Counted from the stretch's first letter, positions 1 to 9,219 are shown. The stretch is 64,000 nucleotides of DNA from Flavobacteriales bacterium (GCA_947447955.1 CANFLS010000005.1:56082-120081), one strand, 5' to 3'. The notes: generated from the sequence alone by a model not told the origin. A program made the numbers and translations.

Positions 1-1861
1 GCATTTCAGCACCCAATGTTGCTATTTTATCAAACTCTGTTGTTAAAAGAGCAATTTCGCCTTCTAGTTTAGACCTTTGAATTGTTAATTCAGCAATTTC
101 CTTTTCCAATTGATCAAACTCAAATTTTTCTTTGAAAGTAAGTTTGCGCTTTTCAAAAGCAGGTGCTTCAATTATATTTACTACTGCAACTTCAGGCTTC
201 TTTTCATTCGAAGATTTAGAAGCTTTGAAATTATCTTTAGCCTCTTGCTGACGTCTTGCATCTTCAAGATCATCCCATTCTCTATAATCACTATAGTTAC
301 CTGGAAAATCCCTCACCTTACCTTGTCCCTCAAAAATAAAAATATGATCAACAACTTTGTCCATAAAATAACGATCATGACTCACAATAATGGCACAACC
401 ATCATAACCCGCAAGAAAATCTTCTAGTACACCCAAAGTTTCAATATCTAAGTCATTTGTTGGCTCATCTAAAATCAAAAAGTTAGGAGCTTTCATTAAA
501 ACAGTCATCAAATACAACCTGCGTTTTTCTCCACCACTTAATTTTACTGCAAAATCCCATTGTTTTTCGTGGGTGAATCCAAATTGCAAAAGAAGTTGCT
601 GAGCTGTTAGTTTATTTCCATTGGCCATTGGAATCCAATCTGCAATGTCCCTCACAATATCAATAACCTTTTTGGAGTCATCAATCTTCATTCCCTTTTG
701 GGAATAATATCCAAAAATCATGGTGTCACCTTGAACAATTTTTCCAGCATCAGGCTGTTCCAATTCCATAATCATGTTTAAGAAGGTAGATTTACCTACT
801 CCATTAGGACCAACAATTCCAACTTTTTCTTTCCTTTTAAAAATATAGCTAAAATCGTCTAATAAATTCTTTGCACCATAAGCTTTACTCACATGATGAA
901 GTTCTAATATTTTAGAACCCAAACGCTCCATTCTCATGGTAATATTGAGTTCAGTTTTATGGCGCTGATTTTTGATTCTGGCTTCTAAATCATCAAAGGC
1001 ATCTACCCTACTCTTGCTTTTGGTGCCTCTTGCCTTTGGCATTTTACGTACCCAATCAAGTTCACGTCTAAATAAATTCTTATCCTTTTCTAACTCGCTT
1101 GCAATTTGCGCTTCTCTAAGTGCTTTATTCTCTACAAAATAGGTGTAATTTCCTTTGTAATGATAAATATCACCGTGTTCCAATTCGATGATTGTATCAC
1201 AAACCCTGTCTAAAAAATAACGATCGTGGGTAACCAAAAGCAAAGACAAATCTTTTTGCGACAAATATCCTTCAAGCCATTCAATCATTTCTAAATCCAA
1301 ATGATTCGTAGGCTCATCCATAATCAATAAGTCGGGCTCAGCCAAAAGCACTTTTGCCATGGCAACGCGTTTTCTTTGTCCTCCCGATAAACTAGAAGCC
1401 AATTGATCATGGTCCTCTATTTTAAGTTTGGTTAAAACTTGTTTCACACGGCTTTCGTAATCCCAAGCACCCAATAAATTCATTTGTTCGGTAGCCCATT
1501 GTAGATGATTCATGTCATCTTCTGAGGGATCATGTGATTGCTTCTCAATTGCAATATCATATTCTCTAACCGCTTTACTTATTGGAGAATCGTAAATCAA
1601 AATATTGTCAATCACCGAAGCATTTTCCATTAATTCTGGCTCTTGAGGGAGATAACCAATTTTTATATCCTTTCGAATAATTGCTTGACCGGTATTCGGT
1701 GTTTCTTTACCAATTATAATTTGAAGTAAGGTGCTTTTTCCTTGGCCATTTCCTGCAACCAAAGCCACTTTTTCACCTTGTTGTAATCCAAAGGAAATAT
1801 TTCTTAGCACGGGTTTATCGTGCCAAGTTTTTGATAAGTTTTCTACTGATAAAAAATTCAT
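1..1861 (-). CDS. ABC-F family ATPase (two ABC cassettes, no membrane domain); the 3' end runs off the left edge
   Basis: Absent from the ORF track because it is open at the window edge. My reverse translation from ATG (1861-1859) reads MNFLSVENLSKTWHDKPVLRNISFGLQQGEKVALVAGNGQGKSTLLQII (Walker A). Reverse-strand ABC signatures LSGGQRKRVA (~1375-1404) and LSGGEKRR (~520-545) mark two cassettes. A coiled-coil-like C-terminal part lies at the left end. Confidence 0.8.
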   Translation of the reverse strand, partial: MNFLSVENLSKTWHDKPVLRNISFGLQQGEKVALVAGNGQGKSTLLQIIIGKETPNTGQAIIRKDIKIGYLPQEPELMENASVIDNILIYDSPISKAVREYDIAIEKQSHDPSEDDMNHLQWATEQMNLLGAWDYESRVKQVLTKLKIEDHDQLASSLSGGQRKRVAMAKVLLAEPDLLIMDEPTNHLDLEMIEWLEGYLSQKDLSLLLVTHDRYFLDRVCDTIIELEHGDIYHYKGNYTYFVENKALREAQIASELEKDKNLFRRELDWVRKMPKARGTKSKSRVDAFDDLEARIKNQRHKTELNITMRMERLGSKILELHHVSKAYGAKNLLDDFSYIFKRKEKVGIVGPNGVGKSTFLNMIMELEQPDAGKIVQGDTMIFGYYSQKGMKIDDSKKVIDIVRDIADWIPMANGNKLTAQQLLLQFGFTHEKQWDFAVKLSGGEKRRLYLMTVLMKAPNFLILDEPTNDLDIETLGVLEDFLAGYDGCAIIVSHDRYFMDKVVDHIFIFEGQGKVRDFPGNYSDYREWDDLEDARRQQEAKDNFKASKSSNEKKPEVAVVNIIEAPAFEKRKLTFKEKFEFDQLEKEIAELTIQRSKLEGEIALLTTEFDKIATLGAEM

Positions 1862-1875
1862 TCTTCGCTAAAATG

Positions 1876-1883
1876 CAAAGGTA
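1876..1883 (-). promoter_or_regulatory. Bacteroidota -7 box (TACCTTTG on the minus strand) for the ABC-F gene
   Basis: Plus strand CAAAGGTA, 14 nt upstream of the minus-strand ATG at 1861. Confidence 0.4.
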
Positions 1884-1952
1884 AGGGAATACAGTAGGCT
1901 AAATTGAATTTTGATATTGAAAACTCTAGAAATGAACAATAAAACAATTGAG

Positions 1953-1960
1953 TATTTTTG
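1953..1960 (+). promoter_or_regulatory. -7 box TATTTTTG, 5 nt before the ATG at 1966
   Basis: TATTTTTG-caatt-ATG. This favours ATG 1966 over the TTG at 1948 used by the ORF track. Confidence 0.5.
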
Positions 1961-1965
1961 CAATT

Positions 1966-3033
1966 ATGAAATTTATTAAACTTATCTTTTGTTTTTGCAT
2001 TTTTCAAATTGCCCAACAACTGAATGCACAAGAAGTGAAGGAAAGTGAATTTCTCATTTACAGTGAGTTATACACCTCAAAATCAATTCATAATTTAGCA
2101 AAACCGAGTTATTTGTGTTCTTATGATCAAAATAATTACCCCTCAACCAATATCATTTTACTAAAGTGGTCATCGAATAGCAACTTTCAAAATAAAAATT
2201 CATACCTCAGATACAATATTGGTTTGATGGTTGGTGATTATGTCAATTCAAATTTAAAAAATGAAGCACGAACTTTACAGAATATTTATGAAACAAATGT
2301 TGGCATAAAGTTTAGCAAAAACATGATTTTAGACTTTGGTATTTTCACTTCACATATTGGATTTGAAAGTGCAATAGGACAAGAAAGTTGGACTTGCACA
2401 AGAAGTATCTTGGCAGACAATACTCCCTATTATGAGGCAGGTTATAGATTGAATTACGAATCTGACAATAAAAAATGGAAAGGAAATTTAAATTTTTTAA
2501 ATGGTTGGCAAAAAATGACAGCCAATTTAAATGACCAAAAATCATGGGGACATCAAATCCAATATATTCCAAATAAAAAACTAACGCTTAATAGCAGTTC
2601 ATATTTTGGTCAATCGCCAAACATTCAAAATAGAAGCAGATATTTTCACAATTTATATTCCCAATACCAAATGAATGACAAAATTGGATTTATTGTAGGG
2701 ATTGATAATGGCTGCGAATTGGACAAAAACGAATCCCTCAAAAATGCGAAATATTATTATTCACCAATCTTTATTACCAAATACACCATTAACACAAAGT
2801 CAAGTATTACGGGCAGATTTGAATATTTCAAAGACAACAATATGATTTTGAACAATACATATTTGAAAGAAGTGAAAGGATATTCAATCAATTACGATTA
2901 TCAAATAGAAAAAAGCAGCACATTAAGATTAGAAGCTAGAATGTTGCAACACAAGGAATCCGATAAAATTGATCAAAAAGATAAAAACAACATTTTCTTT
3001 TCTGTTGTATTTTGCACTAAAATTAATCAATGA
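1966..3033 (+). CDS. Predicted outer-membrane beta-barrel porin-like protein
   Basis: In-frame ATG gives MKFIKLIFCFCIFQIAQQLNAQ, a signal peptide. The protein is rich in alternating aromatic/polar stretches. FGIFTSHIGFESAIGQESWTCTRSILADNTPYYEAGY resembles OmpL/BBP2-type porins from memory (unverified). Confidence 0.45.
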   Translation: MKFIKLIFCFCIFQIAQQLNAQEVKESEFLIYSELYTSKSIHNLAKPSYLCSYDQNNYPSTNIILLKWSSNSNFQNKNSYLRYNIGLMVGDYVNSNLKNEARTLQNIYETNVGIKFSKNMILDFGIFTSHIGFESAIGQESWTCTRSILADNTPYYEAGYRLNYESDNKKWKGNLNFLNGWQKMTANLNDQKSWGHQIQYIPNKKLTLNSSSYFGQSPNIQNRSRYFHNLYSQYQMNDKIGFIVGIDNGCELDKNESLKNAKYYYSPIFITKYTINTKSSITGRFEYFKDNNMILNNTYLKEVKGYSINYDYQIEKSSTLRLEARMLQHKESDKIDQKDKNNIFFSVVFCTKINQ

Positions 3034-3671
3034 AAGTAGAAATTTGGTCAGACGTAATGTGCCCTTATTGTTATTTGGGTAAAAAACAATTTGAAATTGC
3101 TTTAAATCAATTTGAGGGAAAAGATGACGTTTCTATCACTTGGAGAAGTTTTGAATTAAATCCCGATATCGTTTTTGATGAAAACAACGATTTGTATTCG
3201 TACCTCTCAAAAATGAAAGGAATGAATAGAACCGATATTGAAAATAATTTCAATAGATTGGCTGAACAAGGTAAAACTTTAGATATTGATTTTCAATTTG
3301 CAAAAGCCAAAGTAATGAATTCAAGAAATGCCCACAAATTGATACAATTTGCAAAAAATCAGCATTTGCAAAATGAAATCGAAGAAGCTTTGTTTTATGC
3401 ATATTTTACTGAAGGAAAAAATGTTCAAGACGAAAATATTCTTGAAGAAATTGCCTTAAACACTGGTTTGAAATTTGATAATTTTAGTGATATTATTGGT
3501 TCTGAAGAATTAAACAACTTAGTCATCCAAGATCAATATATGGCCCAACAAGTTGGAGCTAGAGGGGTGCCATTTTTTGTATTTGACCAAACTTATGCGG
3601 TTTCAGGAGCCCAAGGTGAAGAAAGTTTCTTGCATGTATTAAATACAGTTGCTGAAAAAACCAAACAATAA
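3030..3671 (+). CDS. DsbA/FrnE-family thiol:disulfide oxidoreductase (no signal peptide)
   Basis: N-terminal MKVEIWSDVMCPYCYLGK with a CPYC active site. C-terminal GVPFFVFD motif typical of the DsbA-FrnE family. 4-nt overlap with the upstream gene. Confidence 0.8.
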   Translation: MKVEIWSDVMCPYCYLGKKQFEIALNQFEGKDDVSITWRSFELNPDIVFDENNDLYSYLSKMKGMNRTDIENNFNRLAEQGKTLDIDFQFAKAKVMNSRNAHKLIQFAKNQHLQNEIEEALFYAYFTEGKNVQDENILEEIALNTGLKFDNFSDIIGSEELNNLVIQDQYMAQQVGARGVPFFVFDQTYAVSGAQGEESFLHVLNTVAEKTKQ

Positions 3672-3698
3672 TTTACTTTCCATCTGCGTTTTATAAAC

Positions 3699-4460
3699 AT
3701 GCGAAAGTTTAACTTACTCATTTTTATTTTAGTCATGACCTTGTTTATCACAGCGCATAAACCCAAAGAATCATTTCTTGAAAATCAATTGGAATTTAAA
3801 CGCGTAAAAGACGCCTACGATATCCATAAAGTATCAATTTCAAAAAAATTAACTGCTCTAAATGTTGATGGATCAAATTTTCAAATCCTATTCATTGCTT
3901 ATAAGGCCAATAAAAAATTAGAGATTTATGTTGGTAATCCTGAAAAACAGATGTCCCTTTTCAAAACATACGATGTATGCGCCCAATCAGGTGATATAGG
4001 ACCAAAATACAAAAGTGGCGATAATCAAACACCAGAAGGATATTATTATATAGATCGATTTAATCCTGCCAGTAATTTCCACTTGAGTTTAGGTTTAAAC
4101 TATCCAAATAAGGCCGATAAAATTAGAAGTAATGCATCAGATTTGGGTGGTGATATTTTCATTCATGGCAACTGCGTATCAATTGGCTGCTTGGCCATGA
4201 CAGATGAAAGCATCAAAGAAATTTATACACTAGCCATTATGGCAAGAAATTCAAATCAAATGAAAATCCCTGTAATTATTGCTCCTTTTACAATGCTACA
4301 ATCTAAAAAAATGGATTTTGACAAGCAGGCTGATTTAAAACCCTATGCCAAATATTTTGGTTTATGGAAAAATATTTTTGAGGGAATTTCAACATTACAC
4401 AAAACAAAACAGCTTCCTAAATTCAAAATTGACCGAGCTGGAAACTATATCATTCAATAA
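3699..4460 (+). CDS. L,D-transpeptidase (YkuD-fold) family protein, secreted
   Basis: Signal peptide MRKFNLLIFILVMTLFITA. IFIHGNCVSIGCLAMTD matches the His...Cys catalytic motif of YkuD domains. Confidence 0.65.
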   Translation: MRKFNLLIFILVMTLFITAHKPKESFLENQLEFKRVKDAYDIHKVSISKKLTALNVDGSNFQILFIAYKANKKLEIYVGNPEKQMSLFKTYDVCAQSGDIGPKYKSGDNQTPEGYYYIDRFNPASNFHLSLGLNYPNKADKIRSNASDLGGDIFIHGNCVSIGCLAMTDESIKEIYTLAIMARNSNQMKIPVIIAPFTMLQSKKMDFDKQADLKPYAKYFGLWKNIFEGISTLHKTKQLPKFKIDRAGNYIIQ

Positions 4461-4466
4461 ACCACC

Positions 4467-4934
4467 ATGCAATATAAAGCAGATAATGCCCTTGACTACA
4501 TTGCTCAGTTGCCAGAAGACCGCGTTGAGCCAATGAAAAAACTAAGAGAAACAATACTGAACAGCCTTCCACCAGGATTTGAAGAGTGCATTTCATATGG
4601 AATGATTGGTTATGTTGTACCTCTAAGTGTTTATCCTGCGGGATATCATTGCGATCCAAAATTACCCTTGGGATTTATGAATATTGCTTCACAAAAGAAT
4701 TTTATTGCCTTGTATCATATGGGTATGTATGGAAGCGATACTTTATTAAATTGGTTTGTAGAAGAATATCCCAAGCACAGCAAATCCAAATTAGACATGG
4801 GTAAAAGTTGCATTCGTTTTAAGAAAATGGACCAGATTCCATATGAATTGATTGCAGAATTATGCAAAAAATTGACAATGGAAAAATACATTGAAATGTA
4901 TGAAATGGTTTTTAAAACCCGCCAAAAAAATTAA
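4467..4934 (+). CDS. DUF1801 (YdhG-like) domain protein
   Basis: ALDYIAQLPEDRVEPMKKLRETILNSLP...ISYGMIGYVVP is the characteristic DUF1801 N-terminus. Size is 155 aa. Confidence 0.6.
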   Translation: MQYKADNALDYIAQLPEDRVEPMKKLRETILNSLPPGFEECISYGMIGYVVPLSVYPAGYHCDPKLPLGFMNIASQKNFIALYHMGMYGSDTLLNWFVEEYPKHSKSKLDMGKSCIRFKKMDQIPYELIAELCKKLTMEKYIEMYEMVFKTRQKN

Positions 4935-5001
4935 TGCATTTCATTCAATAAATGATTTGATTTATTCACCAAACTGTTAATTTTATCAGTTCATTTTCTA
5001 T

Positions 5002-5009
5002 TATCTTTG
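5002..5009 (+). promoter_or_regulatory. -7 box TATCTTTG, 4 nt before the ATG at 5014
   Basis: TATCTTTG-aatc-ATG. Confidence 0.55.
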
Positions 5010-5013
5010 AATC

Positions 5014-6648
5014 ATGTCAACACAAGACATTCAATTCAACAAAAACGAAGACACCAATAAGCAAAATTGGGATGTAGTAAAAAGTAGATTAGAAAAAATC
5101 TATCTTGGAGGTGGTCTAAAAGCTGCAGCCAAACAAAAAGAAAAAGGCAAATTATTAGCTCGTGAAAGAATTGATTATTTAAGAGATAAAGATTCAGAAT
5201 GGATTGAAATTGGCGCCTTTGCCGGTTACGAAATGTATGAAGAATACGGTGGATGTGCAGGTGGCGGAGTTGTTACAGGAATTGGATATGTGAGTGGACG
5301 CCAATGTATCATTGTTGCCAATGATGCCACGGTAAAAGCTGGTGCTTGGTTCCCAATTACCGGAAAAAAGAATTTGCGCGCCCAAGAAATAGCAATGGAA
5401 AACCATTTGCCAATTATTTATTTGGTTGATAGCGCTGGAGTTTTCTTGCCAATGCAAGATGAAATTTTTGCCGACAAAGATCATTTTGGTAGAATGTTCA
5501 GAAACAATGCTATCATGAGCAGCATGGGAATTACCCAAATTGCTGCTGTTATGGGAAGTTGTGTTGCAGGTGGTGCCTATTTGCCAATTATGTCTGATGA
5601 GGCATTAATTGTTGAGGGAAATGGAAGTATTTTTCTGGCGGGAAGCTATTTGGTAAAAGCTGCAATTGGAGAAGATATTGACAATGAAACCTTAGGAGGC
5701 GCAATGACACAAACTGAAATATCGGGTGTTATTGACGATAAATTCCCTAATGACCAAGCCTGTTTAGATAGGATAAAATATATCATGGATAAACTTGGCA
5801 AACCTGAAAATGCTGGTTTTGACCGTGTAAAAACAAAATTACCTGTAAAAAAGCAAGACGAAATTTGGGGGATATTGCCCGCCGATAGAGGAAAACCTTA
5901 TAAGTCCCTCGAAATTATTGAACGACTCGTTGATAACAGCGAATTTGAGCAATACAAAGAAGGTTATGGAAAAAGTATTCTTTGTGGATATGCGAGAATT
6001 GATGGCTGGGCTGTGGGTATTGTTGCAAATAACCGTGAACTGGTGAAGAGCAAAAAAGGAGAAATGCAATTTGGTGGTGTAATTTATAGCGATAGTGCAG
6101 ATAAATCGGCAAGATTTATTATGAATTGCAACCAAAAGAAAATTCCTTTGGTATTTTTACAAGACGTTACAGGATTTATGGTTGGAAGTAGATCTGAGCA
6201 TGGAGGCATTATTAAAGATGGTGCCAAAATGGTAATGGCGATGGCCAATAGTACTGTTCCAAAGTTTACCATTGTAATGGGAAATAGTTATGGTGCAGGA
6301 AACTATGCAATGTGCGGAAAAGCTTATGACCCAAGATTAATTGTAGCATGGCCAACGGCTAAAATTGCGGTTATGGGTGGAGAGCAAGCTGCCAAAACAC
6401 TTTTGCAAATTGAAAAAGCTTCATTAAAAGCAAAAGGTGAAGAAATTACGCTAGAAAACGAAAATGCTTTGCTTGATAAAATCACCCAGAGATACAACAG
6501 CCAAACTACCCCATATTATGCTGCTTCTCGTTTGTGGGTAGACGCGATAATTAATCCGCTCGACACAAGAAAATGGATTTCAATGGGAATAGAAGCGGCA
6601 AGTCAAGCGCCTGTAAAACCATTTCATCCAGGCATTTTGCAAGTTTAA
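5014..6648 (+). CDS. Acyl-CoA carboxylase carboxyltransferase (beta) subunit, methylcrotonyl-/propionyl-CoA carboxylase-like
   Basis: 544 aa. Conserved blocks IVANDATVKAGAWFPITGKKNLRAQEIA, LPIIYLVDSAGVFLP, VMGSCVAGGAYLPIMSDE and two carboxyltransferase halves. Confidence 0.85.
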   Translation: MSTQDIQFNKNEDTNKQNWDVVKSRLEKIYLGGGLKAAAKQKEKGKLLARERIDYLRDKDSEWIEIGAFAGYEMYEEYGGCAGGGVVTGIGYVSGRQCIIVANDATVKAGAWFPITGKKNLRAQEIAMENHLPIIYLVDSAGVFLPMQDEIFADKDHFGRMFRNNAIMSSMGITQIAAVMGSCVAGGAYLPIMSDEALIVEGNGSIFLAGSYLVKAAIGEDIDNETLGGAMTQTEISGVIDDKFPNDQACLDRIKYIMDKLGKPENAGFDRVKTKLPVKKQDEIWGILPADRGKPYKSLEIIERLVDNSEFEQYKEGYGKSILCGYARIDGWAVGIVANNRELVKSKKGEMQFGGVIYSDSADKSARFIMNCNQKKIPLVFLQDVTGFMVGSRSEHGGIIKDGAKMVMAMANSTVPKFTIVMGNSYGAGNYAMCGKAYDPRLIVAWPTAKIAVMGGEQAAKTLLQIEKASLKAKGEEITLENENALLDKITQRYNSQTTPYYAASRLWVDAIINPLDTRKWISMGIEAASQAPVKPFHPGILQV

Positions 6649-6774
6649 ATAGCGAGAATACATTTCGGGTGTATTTCGAAAGTAAAAATTGTGCGATTTA
6701 GCGATAAAAATCGTTAAATACAATCTTTTCTTGATAAAATGTGGAAAACGTTAGGAAATATCTGAAGATATCCC

Positions 6775-6782
6775 TACCTTTG
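6775..6782 (+). promoter_or_regulatory. -7 box TACCTTTG of the helicase gene, giving a ~100-nt leader
   Basis: The only perfect TAnnTTTG I noticed on a read of the 235-bp gap upstream of 6884 (not an exhaustive scan). Confidence 0.45.
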
Positions 6783-6883
6783 CAGCGCAATTCTTTACGA
6801 GTGGGACTTTTGTAGTTTGAATCTATTGCGATTCCTACGCTTTCATTTCTGCTTCTGAAGCGTTAGCCCGAAAAAAAATATTA

Positions 6884-8941
6884 ATGCAAAATTTTGAAAA
6901 CTTGGGGTTACTACCTCAACTTGTGTCTACTGTAGAAAAGCAGGGATACACCGAACCTACGCCTATCCAAAAAGTGGCGATTCCAGCAATTTTAGCAGGT
7001 GGCGACCTTTTCGCAACTGCTCCTACGGGTACAGGTAAAACTGCAGCATTTGCAATTCCTATTATCCAACAAATCATCGAGAAACCGCAAAAAGGCGTTC
7101 ACGCCCTTATTTTAGCGCCAACTCGTGAGTTAGCACACCAAATTTCTGACAACTTCAAGAAATATGGTGCCACAATGAAACTTCGTATCGCTTTGGTATA
7201 CGGTGGAGTTTCTCAAAGACGCCAGGTTGAAGACATTCGCCGTGGTTGTCAGGTAATTATTGCCACTCCTGGCCGTTTATTAGACCTTATTCAACAAGGA
7301 CATATTGATTTATCTGCAATTAACACTTGGGTGTTAGATGAGTGCGATCGTATGTTAGACATGGGATTCATTAGTGATATCCGTGATATTGGTCGTTTAA
7401 TGTTAAATGATAAAAAACAAACTTTATTATTTTCAGCTACGGCTCCAAGAGAAATTAGATTTTTGTCTCAAGAATTATTGTCTGAGCCAACTCAAATTGA
7501 CATTGCTCCTTTAAACGAAGAAAAACCAAAAATTACACAATGGTTATTTGCAGTTGGTAGAAATGACAAATTTGAATTATTAAAAGAACTTTTAGATGAT
7601 GCTGAGGTTCACTCTATGTTGGTATTTACAAAAACCAAACATGGTGCTGACAAATTGGTTGATTTACTAAGAAACATCAATGAACATGCAGTTGCTATTC
7701 ATGGCGACAAGAGTCAACGCGAACGTACACGTAACCTAGATTTATTTAAAGAAGGCCGTGCACGTATTTTGGTAGCAACAGACGTTGCTGCGAGAGGTGT
7801 AGACGTTCCAGCTTTGAATCACGTATTAAACTACGACATGCCTCAAGACCCTGAAACTTATACGCACCGTATAGGTAGAACTGGTAGAGCAGGTACTACT
7901 GGTTTGGCTATGTCGTTTTGTGATCAATCAGAATCAAACTTGCTTGATATGATTTACAAAGAGCATGGAACAACAGATTTGGTAGAAATGGAACATGAAT
8001 ACCGCATTGAATTGCCAAAAGGGCGCAGTGGTGGTGGACGTGGCCGTGGTGGTTATGGTGGCGGTGGAAACCGTGGCGGTAATCGCGGTGGCGGAAATCG
8101 TGGAGGTAGCTCATTTGGTGGCAACCGCGGTGGAAGCTCTTATGGCGGCGGCGGAGGTAACTCTTACGGCGGTGGCGGAGGAAACTCTTACAGCGGTGGT
8201 AATCGCGGTGGAAGTGGTGGCGGAGATCGTCGTTCATTTTCAAACGATAGACCTGCTAGCACAGACAGACCTGCTTACAACAACGACAGACCATCTTTTA
8301 ATGATAGACCAGCTGGAGATAAACCTTCAGGAGACAGATCATTTGGTGGTAACAGACCCTCTGGCGATAGATCATTTAACAGTAACAGAACATCTAGCGA
8401 TAGACCTGCATTTAACAGAAGCGATAGACCTGCACCATCTGGTGACAGACCTGCATTCAACAGCAACAGATCTGGTAGCGACCGTCCATCTGGCGATAGG
8501 CCTTATGGAAACGCAAACAGAGGTGGTGGATCATTCGGTGGTAACAGACCATCCGGAGGCGACCGCCCTTTTAATAACGATCGCAATAGAACCACTTCTT
8601 CACGCCCTTATGGGTCTGAAAACCGCGATCGTAGTTTTGAAGGTAAGGTTAGACAAGAAACACAAGCTCGTCAGAGCAGTGCTTTCGGAAACAGCCGCAA
8701 TAGTGAACGTAGTGCTCGTCCAGCATTCAACAGCAATAGCAGCGGCGACAACAATCGTCAAGCTCGTAGATCTGATTCAGGTCAACCTGCTGCGCCTGCT
8801 AGCGCTGATAGTGGCAAAAGTCACCATCGAGGCCAGGGCGGGAAAAAGCCAGCTAGTTCGAGCAATTTTAGCAGAAATTCACCTGCTAAACCTCGCAGAA
8901 ACCCAGCTGGACACAAAAACAAATACAAATCTGATATTTAA
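6884..8941 (+). CDS. rhlE: RhlE-like DEAD-box (here DECD) RNA helicase with a ~310-aa RGG/DRP low-complexity C-terminal tail
   Basis: Q-motif/motif I region FENLGL...YTEPTPIQ...APTGTGKTAAF, motif II VLDECDRMLDMGF, SAT, HGDKSQRERT, VATDVAARGVDV, HRIGRTGRAG. It reads collinear with E. coli RhlE over ~375 aa, then continues as a G/R/N/S/D/P-rich tail. Confidence 0.9.
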   Translation: MQNFENLGLLPQLVSTVEKQGYTEPTPIQKVAIPAILAGGDLFATAPTGTGKTAAFAIPIIQQIIEKPQKGVHALILAPTRELAHQISDNFKKYGATMKLRIALVYGGVSQRRQVEDIRRGCQVIIATPGRLLDLIQQGHIDLSAINTWVLDECDRMLDMGFISDIRDIGRLMLNDKKQTLLFSATAPREIRFLSQELLSEPTQIDIAPLNEEKPKITQWLFAVGRNDKFELLKELLDDAEVHSMLVFTKTKHGADKLVDLLRNINEHAVAIHGDKSQRERTRNLDLFKEGRARILVATDVAARGVDVPALNHVLNYDMPQDPETYTHRIGRTGRAGTTGLAMSFCDQSESNLLDMIYKEHGTTDLVEMEHEYRIELPKGRSGGGRGRGGYGGGGNRGGNRGGGNRGGSSFGGNRGGSSYGGGGGNSYGGGGGNSYSGGNRGGSGGGDRRSFSNDRPASTDRPAYNNDRPSFNDRPAGDKPSGDRSFGGNRPSGDRSFNSNRTSSDRPAFNRSDRPAPSGDRPAFNSNRSGSDRPSGDRPYGNANRGGGSFGGNRPSGGDRPFNNDRNRTTSSRPYGSENRDRSFEGKVRQETQARQSSAFGNSRNSERSARPAFNSNSSGDNNRQARRSDSGQPAAPASADSGKSHHRGQGGKKPASSSNFSRNSPAKPRRNPAGHKNKYKSDI

Positions 8942-8965
8942 TAAATAGCAGAATCTGATATTTCA

Positions 8966-8992
8966 AAGGTGCGTGAAAACGCACCTTTTTTT
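8966..8992 (+). terminator. Rho-independent terminator after the helicase gene
   Basis: AAAGGTGCG-tgaaaa-CGCACCTTT followed by a T-run. Confidence 0.8.
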
Positions 8993-9192
8993 ATTTAAAT
9001 AATCTTATTATTAAAAGGTATACAATGGAGTAATTAAATTGGATTCTAAATTTGACCAAAGAAATTTTGGACAATTAGAAAATCAATTCCAAAAATCTAA
9101 AAGTTGATTATTATAGAAATATTTTAAGATTGAATAATTCCCAAATGCGTATTTTTAGGATGTAAACTCCATTTGAGAGTTAAAAATTCTCA

Positions 9193-9219
9193 AACCATTT
9201 ATAGAAAAATGGTTTTTTT
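9193..9219 (+). terminator. Orphan terminator-like hairpin plus T7 in a noncoding gap
   Basis: AACCATTT-atagaa-AAATGGTT then TTTTTTT. It is preceded by a second hairpin, TTGAGA(9173-9178)/TCTCAA(9188-9193). No ORF lies upstream. Confidence 0.35.

Noticed and set aside
110-427. A 105-aa plus-strand ORF at the left end.
   Set aside because: It lies antisense inside the ABC-F ATPase gene, whose reverse-strand translation shows clear Walker and signature motifs. The plus-frame product is low-complexity F/I/K-rich.
1948-1965. TTG start at 1948 for the porin-like gene. The same issue applies to TTG 16200 for the 712-aa PPIase and TTG 63815 for rluB.
   Set aside because: In-frame ATGs at 1966 and 16158 give canonical signal peptides and sit downstream of -7 boxes that would otherwise lie inside the ORF. 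For rluB the frame is open upstream to the window edge, so 63815 is merely the first start-like codon in the window.
8006-8941. The G/C-rich helicase tail as foreign (eukaryote-like) DNA, a chimeric assembly, or a separate fused gene.
   Set aside because: The reading frame is continuous with the helicase core with no junction signal. The ORF ends at a normal stop followed by a native-looking terminator. A similar repeat style occurs on rluB 55 kb away, which argues for a lineage feature.
7995-8948. A 317-aa ORF in an alternative plus frame, together with antisense ORFs 7908-8243 and 8275-8466, across the helicase tail.
   Set aside because: Their translations are monotonous (VAV/TAV/LL runs). 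They exist only because the G/C-rich repetitive tail DNA lacks stop codons in several frames. The helicase frame is continuous with a bona fide core domain and is followed by a terminator.
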